DNA from: Armatimonadota bacterium
GTDB lineage: Bacteria > Bacillota > Desulfotomaculia > Desulfotomaculales > Nap2-2B
Assembly (NCBI GenBank): GCA_023511535.1
Contig: JAIMBK010000009.1
Span: 643-64,642, forward strand
Reading direction: 5' to 3'
Length of the DNA: 64,000 nucleotides
The notes beneath the pieces were generated by a model that saw nothing but the letters and a program-made list of their open reading frames with translations, did not search any database and was not told where the DNA came from. This document shows, piece after piece, positions 35,011-44,061 of the stretch; position 1 is the stretch's first letter, and the number at the start of each line of letters is the position of its first letter. The position numbers and the translations under genes were made by a program.

Positions 35011-36111
35011 ATGGCAATTCAAACGCAAACGTATTTTTTGAACCTGGGACCACAGCACCCCAGTACGCACGGGGTTTTCCGGGTAATTCTGGAGCTGGAC
35101 GGGGAAGTGGTGGTGCGGGCCATTCCGGTGCCGGGCTACCTGCACCGGGGAGTGGAGAAGCTGGCCGAAGCGCGCACCTATACCCAGGTGATCCCGTATA
35201 CGGACCGGCTGGATTACCTGGCCAACATGCTGATGAACTGGGGGTACGTGGAAGCGGTCGAAAAACTGATGGGCATTGAGGTGCCGGAAAGGGCCCAGTA
35301 CATCCGGGTGATCGTGGGTGAGCTTTCCCGGATCGCCAGCCATCTGATGGCCATCGGTTCCTATGCGGGGGACATCGGCGGCTTAACCGGCTTTTTATAC
35401 ACCTTCCGGGACCGCGAGCGGATCCTGGACCTTTTTGAAATGCTCACCGGGTCCCGCATGACCGTCAGCTACTTCCGGATCGGCGGCGTGGCCGACGATT
35501 TGCCGGAGGGGTTTATTCCCCTGCTCCAAAAATTCCTCGCCGACTTGCCGGGGCTGTGCGATGAATACGACGGCCTGATTACCGGCAACGAAATTTTCCA
35601 GGCGCGCACCAAGTTCGTGGGCGTCATCCCACCGGAAAAGGCGATTAACTACAGCTTAAGCGGGCCGAATTTAAGAGGCAGCGGCGTGAATTTCGATTTG
35701 CGGAAAAACCGCCCCTACGGCATTTACGACCGTTTCGACTTCGAGGTGCCGCTGGGGAAAAACGGGGACTGCTTCGACCGGTTCGTCTGCCGGATGAAAG
35801 AGATGCGCCAGTCCGCCCGGATTATCCAGCAGGCGCTGGACGGCCTGCCGGAAGGGCCGATCCAGGCCAAGGTGCCCAAGGTGATCAAGCCGCCTGTCGG
35901 CGAGGCGTACACAGAGATCGAAAGCTCAAAAGGTATCTTTGGCTGCTACGTGGTGAGCGACGGCAGCAACAAACCCTACCGGGTGCACTTCCGCCGCCCG
36001 TCCTTCATCAACCTGGGGTGCCTGGCGGAACTGTGCGTGGGCTGGAAGATCGCCGACGTGATCGCCATCCTGGGCAGCCTGGATATCGTCCTCGGCGAAG
36101 TGGACTGCTAG
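35011..36111 (+). CDS. nuoD: NADH-quinone oxidoreductase subunit D
   Basis: 49-kDa subunit motifs [27 protein letters not shown]. Confidence 0.95.
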   Translation: MAIQTQTYFLNLGPQHPSTHGVFRVILELDGEVVVRAIPVPGYLHRGVEKLAEARTYTQVIPYTDRLDYLANMLMNWGYVEAVEKLMGIEVPERAQYIRVIVGELSRIASHLMAIGSYAGDIGGLTGFLYTFRDRERILDLFEMLTGSRMTVSYFRIGGVADDLPEGFIPLLQKFLADLPGLCDEYDGLITGNEIFQARTKFVGVIPPEKAINYSLSGPNLRGSGVNFDLRKNRPYGIYDRFDFEVPLGKNGDCFDRFVCRMKEMRQSARIIQQALDGLPEGPIQAKVPKVIKPPVGEAYTEIESSKGIFGCYVVSDGSNKPYRVHFRRPSFINLGCLAELCVGWKIADVIAILGSLDIVLGEVDC

Positions 36112-36133
36112 CGCAAGGGGGGAGAGAAGAGGT

Positions 36134-37186
36134 ATGGGTGAAAATATTTTTCTCAATATTGCTTCCTGGATCAGAGGTTTGCTGGACTCTATCGGGGTGC
36201 CTTTGCTGGCCAGCGACATCATCATGATGATCGTCAAGGCCTCGGCGATTATAGTTTTCATTTCGCTCAACGTCATCTGGCTGGTGCTGATGGAGCGGAA
36301 AATCAGCGCCTACATCCAGTGCCGGATCGGACCCAACCGGGTCGGCCCGAAGGGCACATTGCAGACCGTGGCCGACGTAATCAAATTAATGACCAAAGAG
36401 TTTTTGATTCCCCGTTCGGCAGATAAAGTGATTTATCTGCTGGCGCCGCTGGTTGTTTTTGCGCCCCCCACCCTGGCCTTCGCGGTGGTGCCGTGGGGAG
36501 ACGGCATGGCCGCCATCGACATGGGCATCGGGGTGTTTTACTTGATTGCCGTGACCTCCCTTTCCACCATCATTTTCTGGATGGGCGCCTGGGGTTCCGG
36601 CAACAAGTATTCTTTAGTGGGCGGCATGCGCGTGGTGGCCCAGATGGTCAGTTACGAGCTGCCGCTGGTGCTGGCCCTGCTGGGCGTGATTATGATCACC
36701 GGCACGCTGAACATGTCGGAAATCGTGGAGGCGCAGAAAAATGTCTGGTTTATCTTTACCCAGCCGCTGGCCTTTTTAATTTACTTTATCGCCGGCGTTT
36801 CGGAAGCGAACCGGACGCCTTTCGACCTGGTGGAGGCGGAATCGGAAATTATCGCCGGCCCCTACACCGAGTACAGCGGGATGGGCTACGCGATGTTTAT
36901 GCTGACGGAGTACGCCAGCGTGCTGGTTATTTCCATCATGTGCACGATTATGTTTTTGGGCGGCTGGCTGGCCCCCTTCGGCTGGACGTTTTTGCCCTCC
37001 TGGTTCTGGTTTTTCCTGAAAGTGTACGTAATGATCTTCCTCTTCATGTGGATCCGCTGGACGTATCCCCGGATTCGGGTTGACCAGTTGATGGGCTTCG
37101 GCTGGAAGGTGCTGGTGCCGCTGTCGCTGGCCAATATTTTTGTGACCGGGATCGGTATGTACGTCTACCGGTCAATAGGGTGGTGA
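36134..37186 (+). CDS. nuoH: NADH-quinone oxidoreductase subunit H
   Basis: ND1 family motifs RIGPNRVGPKG, SYELP, EAESEI. Confidence 0.93.
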   Translation: MGENIFLNIASWIRGLLDSIGVPLLASDIIMMIVKASAIIVFISLNVIWLVLMERKISAYIQCRIGPNRVGPKGTLQTVADVIKLMTKEFLIPRSADKVIYLLAPLVVFAPPTLAFAVVPWGDGMAAIDMGIGVFYLIAVTSLSTIIFWMGAWGSGNKYSLVGGMRVVAQMVSYELPLVLALLGVIMITGTLNMSEIVEAQKNVWFIFTQPLAFLIYFIAGVSEANRTPFDLVEAESEIIAGPYTEYSGMGYAMFMLTEYASVLVISIMCTIMFLGGWLAPFGWTFLPSWFWFFLKVYVMIFLFMWIRWTYPRIRVDQLMGFGWKVLVPLSLANIFVTGIGMYVYRSIGW

Positions 37187-37190
37187 AAAC

Positions 37191-37682
37191 GTGTTTGGCA
37201 AGGGATTAATCAAAGGTTTGCAGATTACCTGGCGGGAAATGCTGGCCCAGAAGGTGACGGTGCAGTACCCGGACGAGCAGATTCCGCTGCCCGACCGCTA
37301 CCACGGGCGCTTTGAACTGGACGCGGATAAATGCATCGCCTGCATGCTCTGCGCCAACGCCTGCCCCAATAAGGTCATCCAGATTGAGCGCACCCGGGTG
37401 GGCAAGAAGCAGTACCTGACAAAATACGTGATGCGCATTGAATACTGCATGTTCTGCGGGCTTTGCGTTGAATCGTGCAACCAGGACGCCCTTCGTTTCA
37501 GCAAGGTTTTCAACATGAACCAGTACTTCCGGTCCAGGGTGCGCCTGACCCTGGCCGACCGCCCCGCTCCCGCGGAGGAACCGGCGGAAGAAGCGGGAAG
37601 CGAGCAGGAAGCGAAGAAAAAAGCCCCGGCGCCGAAAAAACCCGCGGGCGCCGGAAGCGAAGCGGCCGCAGGCAAGTCTTAA
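37191..37682 (+). CDS. nuoI: NADH-quinone oxidoreductase subunit I with low-complexity C-terminal tail
   Basis: Two 4Fe-4S motifs, CIACMLCANACP and CMFCGLCVESC. The last roughly 42 aa are an Ala/Pro/Glu/Lys-rich tail. Confidence 0.9.
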   Translation: MFGKGLIKGLQITWREMLAQKVTVQYPDEQIPLPDRYHGRFELDADKCIACMLCANACPNKVIQIERTRVGKKQYLTKYVMRIEYCMFCGLCVESCNQDALRFSKVFNMNQYFRSRVRLTLADRPAPAEEPAEEAGSEQEAKKKAPAPKKPAGAGSEAAAGKS

Positions 37683-37700
37683 GGCAAAGGAGGGTGAACG

Positions 37701-38270
37701 ATGATCGATTTAATCGGCCGGGAGGTTGTCGATGTCTTTTTGAGCAATTTCTGGAGCATCGGCGCTTTTTACACGCTGGCCCTGGTGATTGTAGCCTCCG
37801 GAATTCTGGTCGTCTTGATGAAAAACATCGTCCATTCCGTGCTCTGGCTGGCGGTGTGCTTCATCGGCATGGCGGGGCTGTTCCTCACCCTGGACGCCGA
37901 TTTCCTGGCCGCCGTACAGGTTCTGGTGTACGCCGGGGCGGTTTGCATCATGGTGGTCTTGGGTATCATGGTCATCCGCCGGGCCGATATGAAGTTTTCC
38001 AATCCGTTTAACACCCAGGTTTACGCGGCCGCCGGCGTGGTGGCGCTGGTCCTGGCCGTGTGCACTTTTCTGGCCGTGAAAACGGAGTGGATGGTTTCAC
38101 GGGCGCGCGTCCCCGAAAATACGGTGGAACCGATCGCAACTTTGCTGCTCAGCAAGTACGTGGTTCCTTTTGAAGTGGCCGCCGTTTTGCTGCTGGTCGC
38201 TTTAATCGGCGCCCTGCTGATTGCCCGGGAGGTGAAGACAGATGCAAATACCGGTAGTCAAGCTGATTGA
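37701..38270 (+). CDS. nuoJ: NADH-quinone oxidoreductase subunit J
   Basis: ND6-like 5-TM protein with the QVLVYAGAV motif. Confidence 0.88.
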   Translation: MIDLIGREVVDVFLSNFWSIGAFYTLALVIVASGILVVLMKNIVHSVLWLAVCFIGMAGLFLTLDADFLAAVQVLVYAGAVCIMVVLGIMVIRRADMKFSNPFNTQVYAAAGVVALVLAVCTFLAVKTEWMVSRARVPENTVEPIATLLLSKYVVPFEVAAVLLLVALIGALLIAREVKTDANTGSQAD

Positions 38271-38280
38271 CCCGGTGACC

Positions 38281-38595
38281 ATGCTTTCCATCGGCCCGGC
38301 CCACTACGTAATTCTTTCGGCTGTTTTATTCTGCATCGGTTTGTTTGGCGTCCTGGCGAAAAGAAACGCCATCATGGTGTTAATCTGCATCGAACTGATG
38401 CTCAACGCCGTGAATATCAACCTGGTGGCTTTTAGCAAGTACGTCACGCCGGCAGACTTTATCGGCCAGATTTTCGCCATCTTCGTGATCACCGTCGCGG
38501 CGGCGGAAGTCGGCCTGGGCCTGGCTATCATCATCGCCATTTACCGCAACAAGGTATCGGTAAATCTGGACGACTTTGATCTGCTGAAGTGGTAG
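38281..38595 (+). CDS. nuoK: NADH-quinone oxidoreductase subunit K
   Basis: ND4L-like, roughly 100 aa, with IELMLNAVN and AAAEVGLGLAI motifs. The maximal ORF starts at 38242 and overlaps nuoJ. Confidence 0.9.
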   Translation: MLSIGPAHYVILSAVLFCIGLFGVLAKRNAIMVLICIELMLNAVNINLVAFSKYVTPADFIGQIFAIFVITVAAAEVGLGLAIIIAIYRNKVSVNLDDFDLLKW

Positions 38596-38872
38596 AATAA
38601 TTATTCAGGGACATAGGCATTGAGGCACAAAGGTATAAAGATCAGAGCAGAAAAGTACAGACACTCCAGGGTTGGATTTGCAAAGCAGGGTTGGCAAGTT
38701 CAACCTGGAATTAACAAGTTAGGTTTTCGGTACGGATAGTTAAATCAGGAGTCAGGGAGATCAGGAGATTGCGATGCGAATATCTTTCCGACTGTAAAAG
38801 ATTTCCGGCTAAGGCCCTCCGACCTCCGACTTCTGACATCCGACTTCTGATCATGGAGGTGTTATAAGCTAA
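38596..38872 (+). repeat. 277-nt repeat-mosaic spacer inside the nuo operon (nuoK-nuoL)
   Basis: Contains TTCAGGGACATAGGCATTGAGGCACAAAGGTATAAAGATCAG (related to the left end of copy A2), GGGTTGGA units, and heptamers GACCTCC GACTTCT GACATCC GACTTCT (38821-38848). Confidence 0.8.
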
Positions 38873-40795
38873 ATGGTTGAGTATGCAATGAACCATGCCT
38901 GGCTGATTCCGCTACTGCCAACCCTGGCTTTTGTTGCCATCATCTTTTTGACCAGGCCATGGCCTTTGTTAAGCGCCTTGATTGCCGTCGGCGCCATGCT
39001 TACCTCCTGCTTTTTCGCCACTTTCACGGCCATCGGGGTTTTCACCAGCCCGGAATTGACGGAAAAACCCCTGGTTTACGCCGTAAACTGGTTTAACATG
39101 CCGGGGATGGAAATCAACGTGGGGATTTTGCTGGACCCCGTTTCCGCCATGATGATGTTTATGGTCACCCTGGTGGGTTCGCTGATCTTCATTTACGCCA
39201 TCGGTTACATGCAGGACGATCCCGGCTACTCCGTCTTTTTCTCCTACGTCTCCCTGTTTGCCGCCTTTATGCTTTTGCTGGTGGCTTCCAGCAGCCTGGT
39301 GGAGATGTTTGTGGGGTGGGAAGGCGTCGGCCTGTGCTCGTACCTGTTGATCGGCTTCTACCAGCACAAGATCTCGGCCCGGGAGGCCGCCAAAAAGGCC
39401 TTCATCACCTGCCGGGTGGCTGATTTCGGCCTGCTTTTGGGCATGCTGCTGCTCTTCTGGAACTTCGGCACGCTGGACTTCGCGGCGCTGGCCGAAAAAA
39501 TCCCTCACTTCCAGCAGTACAACGTTTCGGCGGCCACTCTGGCGCTGATTGCCTTCCTGGTGTTCTGCGGGCCGATCGGCAAATCCGGGCAGTTTCCGTT
39601 GCACGTCTGGCTGCCGGACGCCATGGAGGGTCCCACCCCGGTCAGCGCGCTGATCCACGCGGCGACCATGGTCGTGGCCGGGGTTTACCTGGTGGCGCGG
39701 GTAATGTTCCTTTTCCACGAGGTTCCTTCCGTCATGCAGCTGGTGGCCGTCACGGGCGGCTTTACGGCCCTGTTTGCCGCCACCATTGCCGTCACCCAGC
39801 GGGAGATTAAGCGCATCCTGGCCTACTCCACGATCAGCCAGATCGGTTACATGATGCTGGCCCTGGGGGTGGGCAGCCTGACCGCGGGCATGTTCCACCT
39901 GTGGACGCACGCTTTCTTCAAGGCGCTCCTCTTTTTAGGCGCCGGCAGCGTGCTGGTGGCCCTGCACCACAAGGCGGACGTCTGGGAAATGGGCGGTTTG
40001 CTTAAAAAGATGCCCATCACCGGCTGGACCTTCCTTGTCGGCTGCATCGCCATCGCCGGGATCCCGCCCTTCGCCGGCTTCTGGAGCAAAGACGAAATCC
40101 TGCTGGCTACCCTGGAATCCGGCCATTACGTGCTTTTCGCCATGGCGGCCTTTACCGCCTTTTTGACCGCCTTTTACATGTTCCGGCTGTTCTTCCTGGC
40201 TTTCACCGGGGCGGAAAACCCGGCCAACCACCCCAAAGAGTCGCCCTGGGTGATGACCGTTCCGCTGATTTTCCTGGCTATATTTTCCCTTGTCGGCGGC
40301 TGGGTGGGGACCCCCTGGGCGAACGTCTGGAGCGAATGGATTTTCTTCGGCCACCCGCACCATGGGGAGCCCAACTATATGGTGATGATCGGCTCGGTTG
40401 TGCTGGCCGGACTGGGAATTTACCTGGCCTACTACTTCTACTGCGCGGACCGGGAAAAAGTGAAGGTCAGGGAACTGGCCCGGCGCTACCAGGGTATTTA
40501 CACCTTGCTTTACAATAAATATTACATCGACGAAATCTACCTGTGGCTGAACCACACGCTGGTGGACGGCGCCGCCAAAATCTTTTACCTGTTCGATATT
40601 TACGTGGTGGACGGCATCATCGTCAACGGCGTGGCGGCCATCACCGGGCTTTTCGGCGAAGGCCTGCGGGTCACCGCCACCGGCCGGCTGCAGAATTACG
40701 CCCTGGTCTTCTTCCTGGGCGTGCTGGCCGTTTTCGTGGTGCTGGCATTTACCAGCCCGCTCCTGGCCGGCCCGATTTGGGGAGGTGTGCGGTAA
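38873..40795 (+). CDS. nuoL: NADH-quinone oxidoreductase subunit L
   Basis: ND5/Mrp antiporter-like family (WEGVGLCSYLLIGF, AMEGPTPVSALIHAATMV). ATG 38873 lies about 14 nt after GGAGG. Confidence 0.93.
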   Translation: MVEYAMNHAWLIPLLPTLAFVAIIFLTRPWPLLSALIAVGAMLTSCFFATFTAIGVFTSPELTEKPLVYAVNWFNMPGMEINVGILLDPVSAMMMFMVTLVGSLIFIYAIGYMQDDPGYSVFFSYVSLFAAFMLLLVASSSLVEMFVGWEGVGLCSYLLIGFYQHKISAREAAKKAFITCRVADFGLLLGMLLLFWNFGTLDFAALAEKIPHFQQYNVSAATLALIAFLVFCGPIGKSGQFPLHVWLPDAMEGPTPVSALIHAATMVVAGVYLVARVMFLFHEVPSVMQLVAVTGGFTALFAATIAVTQREIKRILAYSTISQIGYMMLALGVGSLTAGMFHLWTHAFFKALLFLGAGSVLVALHHKADVWEMGGLLKKMPITGWTFLVGCIAIAGIPPFAGFWSKDEILLATLESGHYVLFAMAAFTAFLTAFYMFRLFFLAFTGAENPANHPKESPWVMTVPLIFLAIFSLVGGWVGTPWANVWSEWIFFGHPHHGEPNYMVMIGSVVLAGLGIYLAYYFYCADREKVKVRELARRYQGIYTLLYNKYYIDEIYLWLNHTLVDGAAKIFYLFDIYVVDGIIVNGVAAITGLFGEGLRVTATGRLQNYALVFFLGVLAVFVVLAFTSPLLAGPIWGGVR

Positions 40796-42313
40796 ATGGG
40801 TGAATTTCCCGTGCTGTTAACGATTTTACTGGCTCCCGTGGCGGCGGCGTTGATTATGGCTTTTCTTCCCCGGGAAGAAAAGCTGCTGATCAAGTGCGTT
40901 GCCGCTGCCGGTACGTTTACGTCCATGGCGCTGGCGTTTTACACCTACTTCACCTACGACACCGGCACCGGGGGAGTGCAGTTCGTCCAGCAAATTCCCT
41001 GGATTAAGGATCTGGGGGTGACGTTCTATCTGGGGGTGGACGGCGTCAGCCTGCCGCTGATGCTGCTGATCAGCATTTTGGGCTTTTCGGCGGTGTTTGC
41101 CTCGTGGAACGTCGACCACCGGCCGCGGGACTTCTTCATCCTGCTGTGCCTTTTAATCACCGGGGTAATGGGCACCTTCGTCACGCAGGATCTGTTTATC
41201 TTCCTGCTGTTCTACGAAATGGTGGTCATCCCCATTTACATTTTAATCATCATCTGGGGCAGCACCAAGCGGGTCACCAAGGAATACGCCGGCATGAAGC
41301 TGACCATCTACCTTTTGATCGGGTCCGCCTTCCTGCTGGTCGGCGTCGTTGCCCTGTTTATGAAGACCGCGGGCATCCTGGGCGCTCCCGACATGAGCTT
41401 TGCGGGGCTGGCCCGGGCGGCTAAATCCTTATCCCAGTTCGACCAGATCTGGATGTTTGCGGTGATGCTGTTCGGCTTCGGCTCGCTGATTTCCATGTGG
41501 CCGTTCCACTCCTGGTCGCCCGACGGTTACGCCGGCGCGCCTACGGCGGTGAGCATGATCCACGCCGGGGTGTTAAAGAAAATCGGCGGCTACGGTTTGA
41601 TCCGCATCGCCCTTTACGTTTTGCCCGTCGGCGCGCAGTTCTGGGCACCGGTAATGGCCTTCCTGGGCGTTTGCGGGGTGGTCTACGCGGCCATGGCGGC
41701 GCTGGCCCAAAAGGATCTGAAGTACATCGTGGGGTATTCGAGCGTCAGCCACATGGGCTACGTCATGCTGGCCGTGGGGAGTTTGAGCGTAATCGGCTTA
41801 AACGGCGCCATCGCCTACATGTTTGCCCACGGGATCATGGCGGCGCTGTTCTTCTCGATGATCGGCTTTATTTACGAAAAGACCCATACCCGGTGGGTTC
41901 CCGACCTGGGCGGCCTGCACCGGCAGATCCCGAAGATTTCGGCCGGGTTTATGCTGGCGGCCCTGGCCACCCTGGGCCTCCCCGGTTTGATCAGCTTCAT
42001 TCCGGAATTCACCATTTTCATCGCCGCGTTCAACAAATACGGCGGACTGGCGGTGGCGGCCATCGCCGGCGTGATTGTGACCGCCCTGTACGCTTTAAGG
42101 GCCGGTGCGTACGCTCTGTTCGGCCCGCCCCGGGAGGAATACGACCACCTGCAGGACATCAAGGGGCCGGAGCTGGTGCCGCTGGTGGTTTTGGGCACCG
42201 TACTGGTGGTCGGCGGCCTGCTGCCGTCTTTGCTGTTTAACGTCATCAACTGCGGCACGATTCCTTTAATGGCGGAAATAAACGCGGCCCTGCAGATAGG
42301 GGGGAAGTTCTAA
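40796..42313 (+). CDS. nuoM: NADH-quinone oxidoreductase subunit M
   Basis: ND4 family (FYEMVVIPIY, PDGYAGAPTAVSMIHAGVLKK). Confidence 0.92.
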   Translation: MGEFPVLLTILLAPVAAALIMAFLPREEKLLIKCVAAAGTFTSMALAFYTYFTYDTGTGGVQFVQQIPWIKDLGVTFYLGVDGVSLPLMLLISILGFSAVFASWNVDHRPRDFFILLCLLITGVMGTFVTQDLFIFLLFYEMVVIPIYILIIIWGSTKRVTKEYAGMKLTIYLLIGSAFLLVGVVALFMKTAGILGAPDMSFAGLARAAKSLSQFDQIWMFAVMLFGFGSLISMWPFHSWSPDGYAGAPTAVSMIHAGVLKKIGGYGLIRIALYVLPVGAQFWAPVMAFLGVCGVVYAAMAALAQKDLKYIVGYSSVSHMGYVMLAVGSLSVIGLNGAIAYMFAHGIMAALFFSMIGFIYEKTHTRWVPDLGGLHRQIPKISAGFMLAALATLGLPGLISFIPEFTIFIAAFNKYGGLAVAAIAGVIVTALYALRAGAYALFGPPREEYDHLQDIKGPELVPLVVLGTVLVVGGLLPSLLFNVINCGTIPLMAEINAALQIGGKF

Positions 42314-43747
42314 ATGCCTGTTCCGGTTGTAGATCTTTCTCTGTTAGCCCCGGAAATAGCGCTGGCGGTCCTGGCCACGGCGATCCTGATTTTGGGGTTG
42401 ATTGTCCCCAAGGGTTCCCGGTTTGGGCTGAGCTGGCTGGCCATCGTCGGTCTGGCGGGCGTGCTGGGGATCACCCTGGCGGGCTGGGAGAACCAGGGCA
42501 CGCTCTACGAGGGATTGTTCATCGTGGACCAGTACGCCATCTTCTTCAAAATTACCTTTTTGGTGGCGGCTTTCCTGGTGGCTTTGGGCTCCCAGCGCTA
42601 CATCGAGCGAATCGGCGACCAGAGCGAGTACTACAGCGTTTTGCTTTTTGCCGCCCTGGGCATGCTGGTGATGGCGTCCGCGGGCGATTTTATCACGCTT
42701 TACCTGGGGCTGGAGCTGATGACCATTGCCTTTATCATCCTGGTCTGCTTTAACCGTACGAGCGCCCGCTCCCTGGAGGCGGGGATCAAGTACATCCTGC
42801 TGGCCGGGATGTCTTCGGCGGTGCTCCTCTACGGCTTGAGCCTGGTTTACGGCTTAAGCGGTTCCGTCCTGATTCCGGAAGTGGCGCAGGCGGTGGCCCG
42901 GCATCCTTCGCCGGCGCTGATCCTGGGCATGGTGATGCTGGTGGCCGGGCTGGGCTTTAAAATTTCGGCCGTGCCTTTCCACATGTGGGCGCCCGACATT
43001 TACGAAGGCGCGCCTACGCCGATCACCGCCTTTTTAGCGGCCGGCTCCAAGGCGGCTTCCTTTGCCATTCTGCTCCGGATCTTCGTAGCGGCCCTGCCGG
43101 GCGTCTGGGCCTACTGGACGACCCTGGTGGCCATTCTGGCGGCGGTAACGATCATCGTGGGGAACCTGGTGGCCATTCCCCAGACGAACATCAAGCGGCT
43201 GCTGGCCTATTCCAGCATCGCGCAGGCGGGCTACATCCTGGTGGGCCTGGTGACCGCCGAAGCGACGGGAGTGAAGGCCGTCATGTTCTACGCCTTCCTC
43301 TACGTTTTCGCCACCGTGGGCGCCTTTACCGTGGCCTCTTGCTTTTACTCGGTTACGGGCAGCGACGAAATTAAGGATTACGCCGGCTTGAGCCAGCGCT
43401 CCCCCTTTATGGCGGCGGTCATGGTGGTCTGCATGCTTTCCATGGCGGGAATTCCGCCGCTGGCCGGGTTCGTCGGCAAATTCTACCTGTTCGCCACCGT
43501 GGTGAACGACTACCTGTGGCTGGTCTTTATCGGCCTGGTGATGAGCATGGTGTCGGTCTACTACTATTTGAAGGTGACCCTGGTGATGTACCGGGACGAG
43601 CCCGTGGACAACACCCCCATTAAATTAAGCGGGCCGGTGGCGGTGACGCTGCTGATTACCATGGCGGCCACGCTGTTGATCGGCATTTGCCCGGGGCCGC
43701 TTTCCGAGGCGGTCAACGCGGCGGCAAACACGTTTTTCCTGCACTAA
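42314..43747 (+). CDS. nuoN: NADH-quinone oxidoreductase subunit N
   Basis: ND2 family (LGLELMTIAF, FHMWAPDIYEGAPTPITAF). Confidence 0.92.
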   Translation: MPVPVVDLSLLAPEIALAVLATAILILGLIVPKGSRFGLSWLAIVGLAGVLGITLAGWENQGTLYEGLFIVDQYAIFFKITFLVAAFLVALGSQRYIERIGDQSEYYSVLLFAALGMLVMASAGDFITLYLGLELMTIAFIILVCFNRTSARSLEAGIKYILLAGMSSAVLLYGLSLVYGLSGSVLIPEVAQAVARHPSPALILGMVMLVAGLGFKISAVPFHMWAPDIYEGAPTPITAFLAAGSKAASFAILLRIFVAALPGVWAYWTTLVAILAAVTIIVGNLVAIPQTNIKRLLAYSSIAQAGYILVGLVTAEATGVKAVMFYAFLYVFATVGAFTVASCFYSVTGSDEIKDYAGLSQRSPFMAAVMVVCMLSMAGIPPLAGFVGKFYLFATVVNDYLWLVFIGLVMSMVSVYYYLKVTLVMYRDEPVDNTPIKLSGPVAVTLLITMAATLLIGICPGPLSEAVNAAANTFFLH

Positions 43748-43771
43748 CAAGATAGAGCTGAAATAAACAGG

Positions 43772-43806
43772 AAAGCCTATCCCGAACAGGGGTAGGCTTT
43801 ATTTAT
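43772..43806 (+). terminator. intrinsic terminator after nuoN
   Basis: AAAGCCTATCCC / GGGGTAGGCTTT 12-bp stem (one G-U pair), GAACA loop, then ATTTAT. Confidence 0.75.
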
Positions 43807-43902
43807 GATACCACTTCCAAAATTCTTCAGAAGTAATTTCAAGGTGTTTTAATATTTTGGCCAGCTTTTGCGGAGTAACCCGCCGGCTGGGATGATGATG
43901 AA

Positions 43903-44007
43903 CTCAGAAAATACCAGGCACATAGTTTCCCAGGCGCAAGGGCACAAAGTAAATATTCCCGGTCGTCTTTACATATCTTTTTGTGCCTTAGTGCCTCTAT
44001 TTTCATG
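43903..44007 (+). repeat. MITE-like element, diverged copy A3
   Basis: CTCAGAAAATACCAGGCACATAGTTTCCCAGGCGCAAGGGCACAAAGTAAATATTCC ... CTTTTTGTGCCTTAGTGCCTCT aligns with A1 at roughly 80-85% by eye. Confidence 0.65.
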
Positions 44008-44061
44008 CTTTATGGAGGGAACGTAAGTTTCCATAAGCAACTCCCTGGGAAGTTGTTATGT

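Noticed and set aside
38969-39910. 313-aa minus-strand ORF, with similar long antisense ORFs at 12512-13345, 5772-6461, 6911-7522, 55772-56569 and 31555-32166
   Set aside because: All lie antisense to, or out of frame with, strongly supported genes (nuoL, miaB, trpD, trpC, the FAD oxidoreductase, rbgA). All have Arg/Gly/Pro-rich nonsense-like translations.
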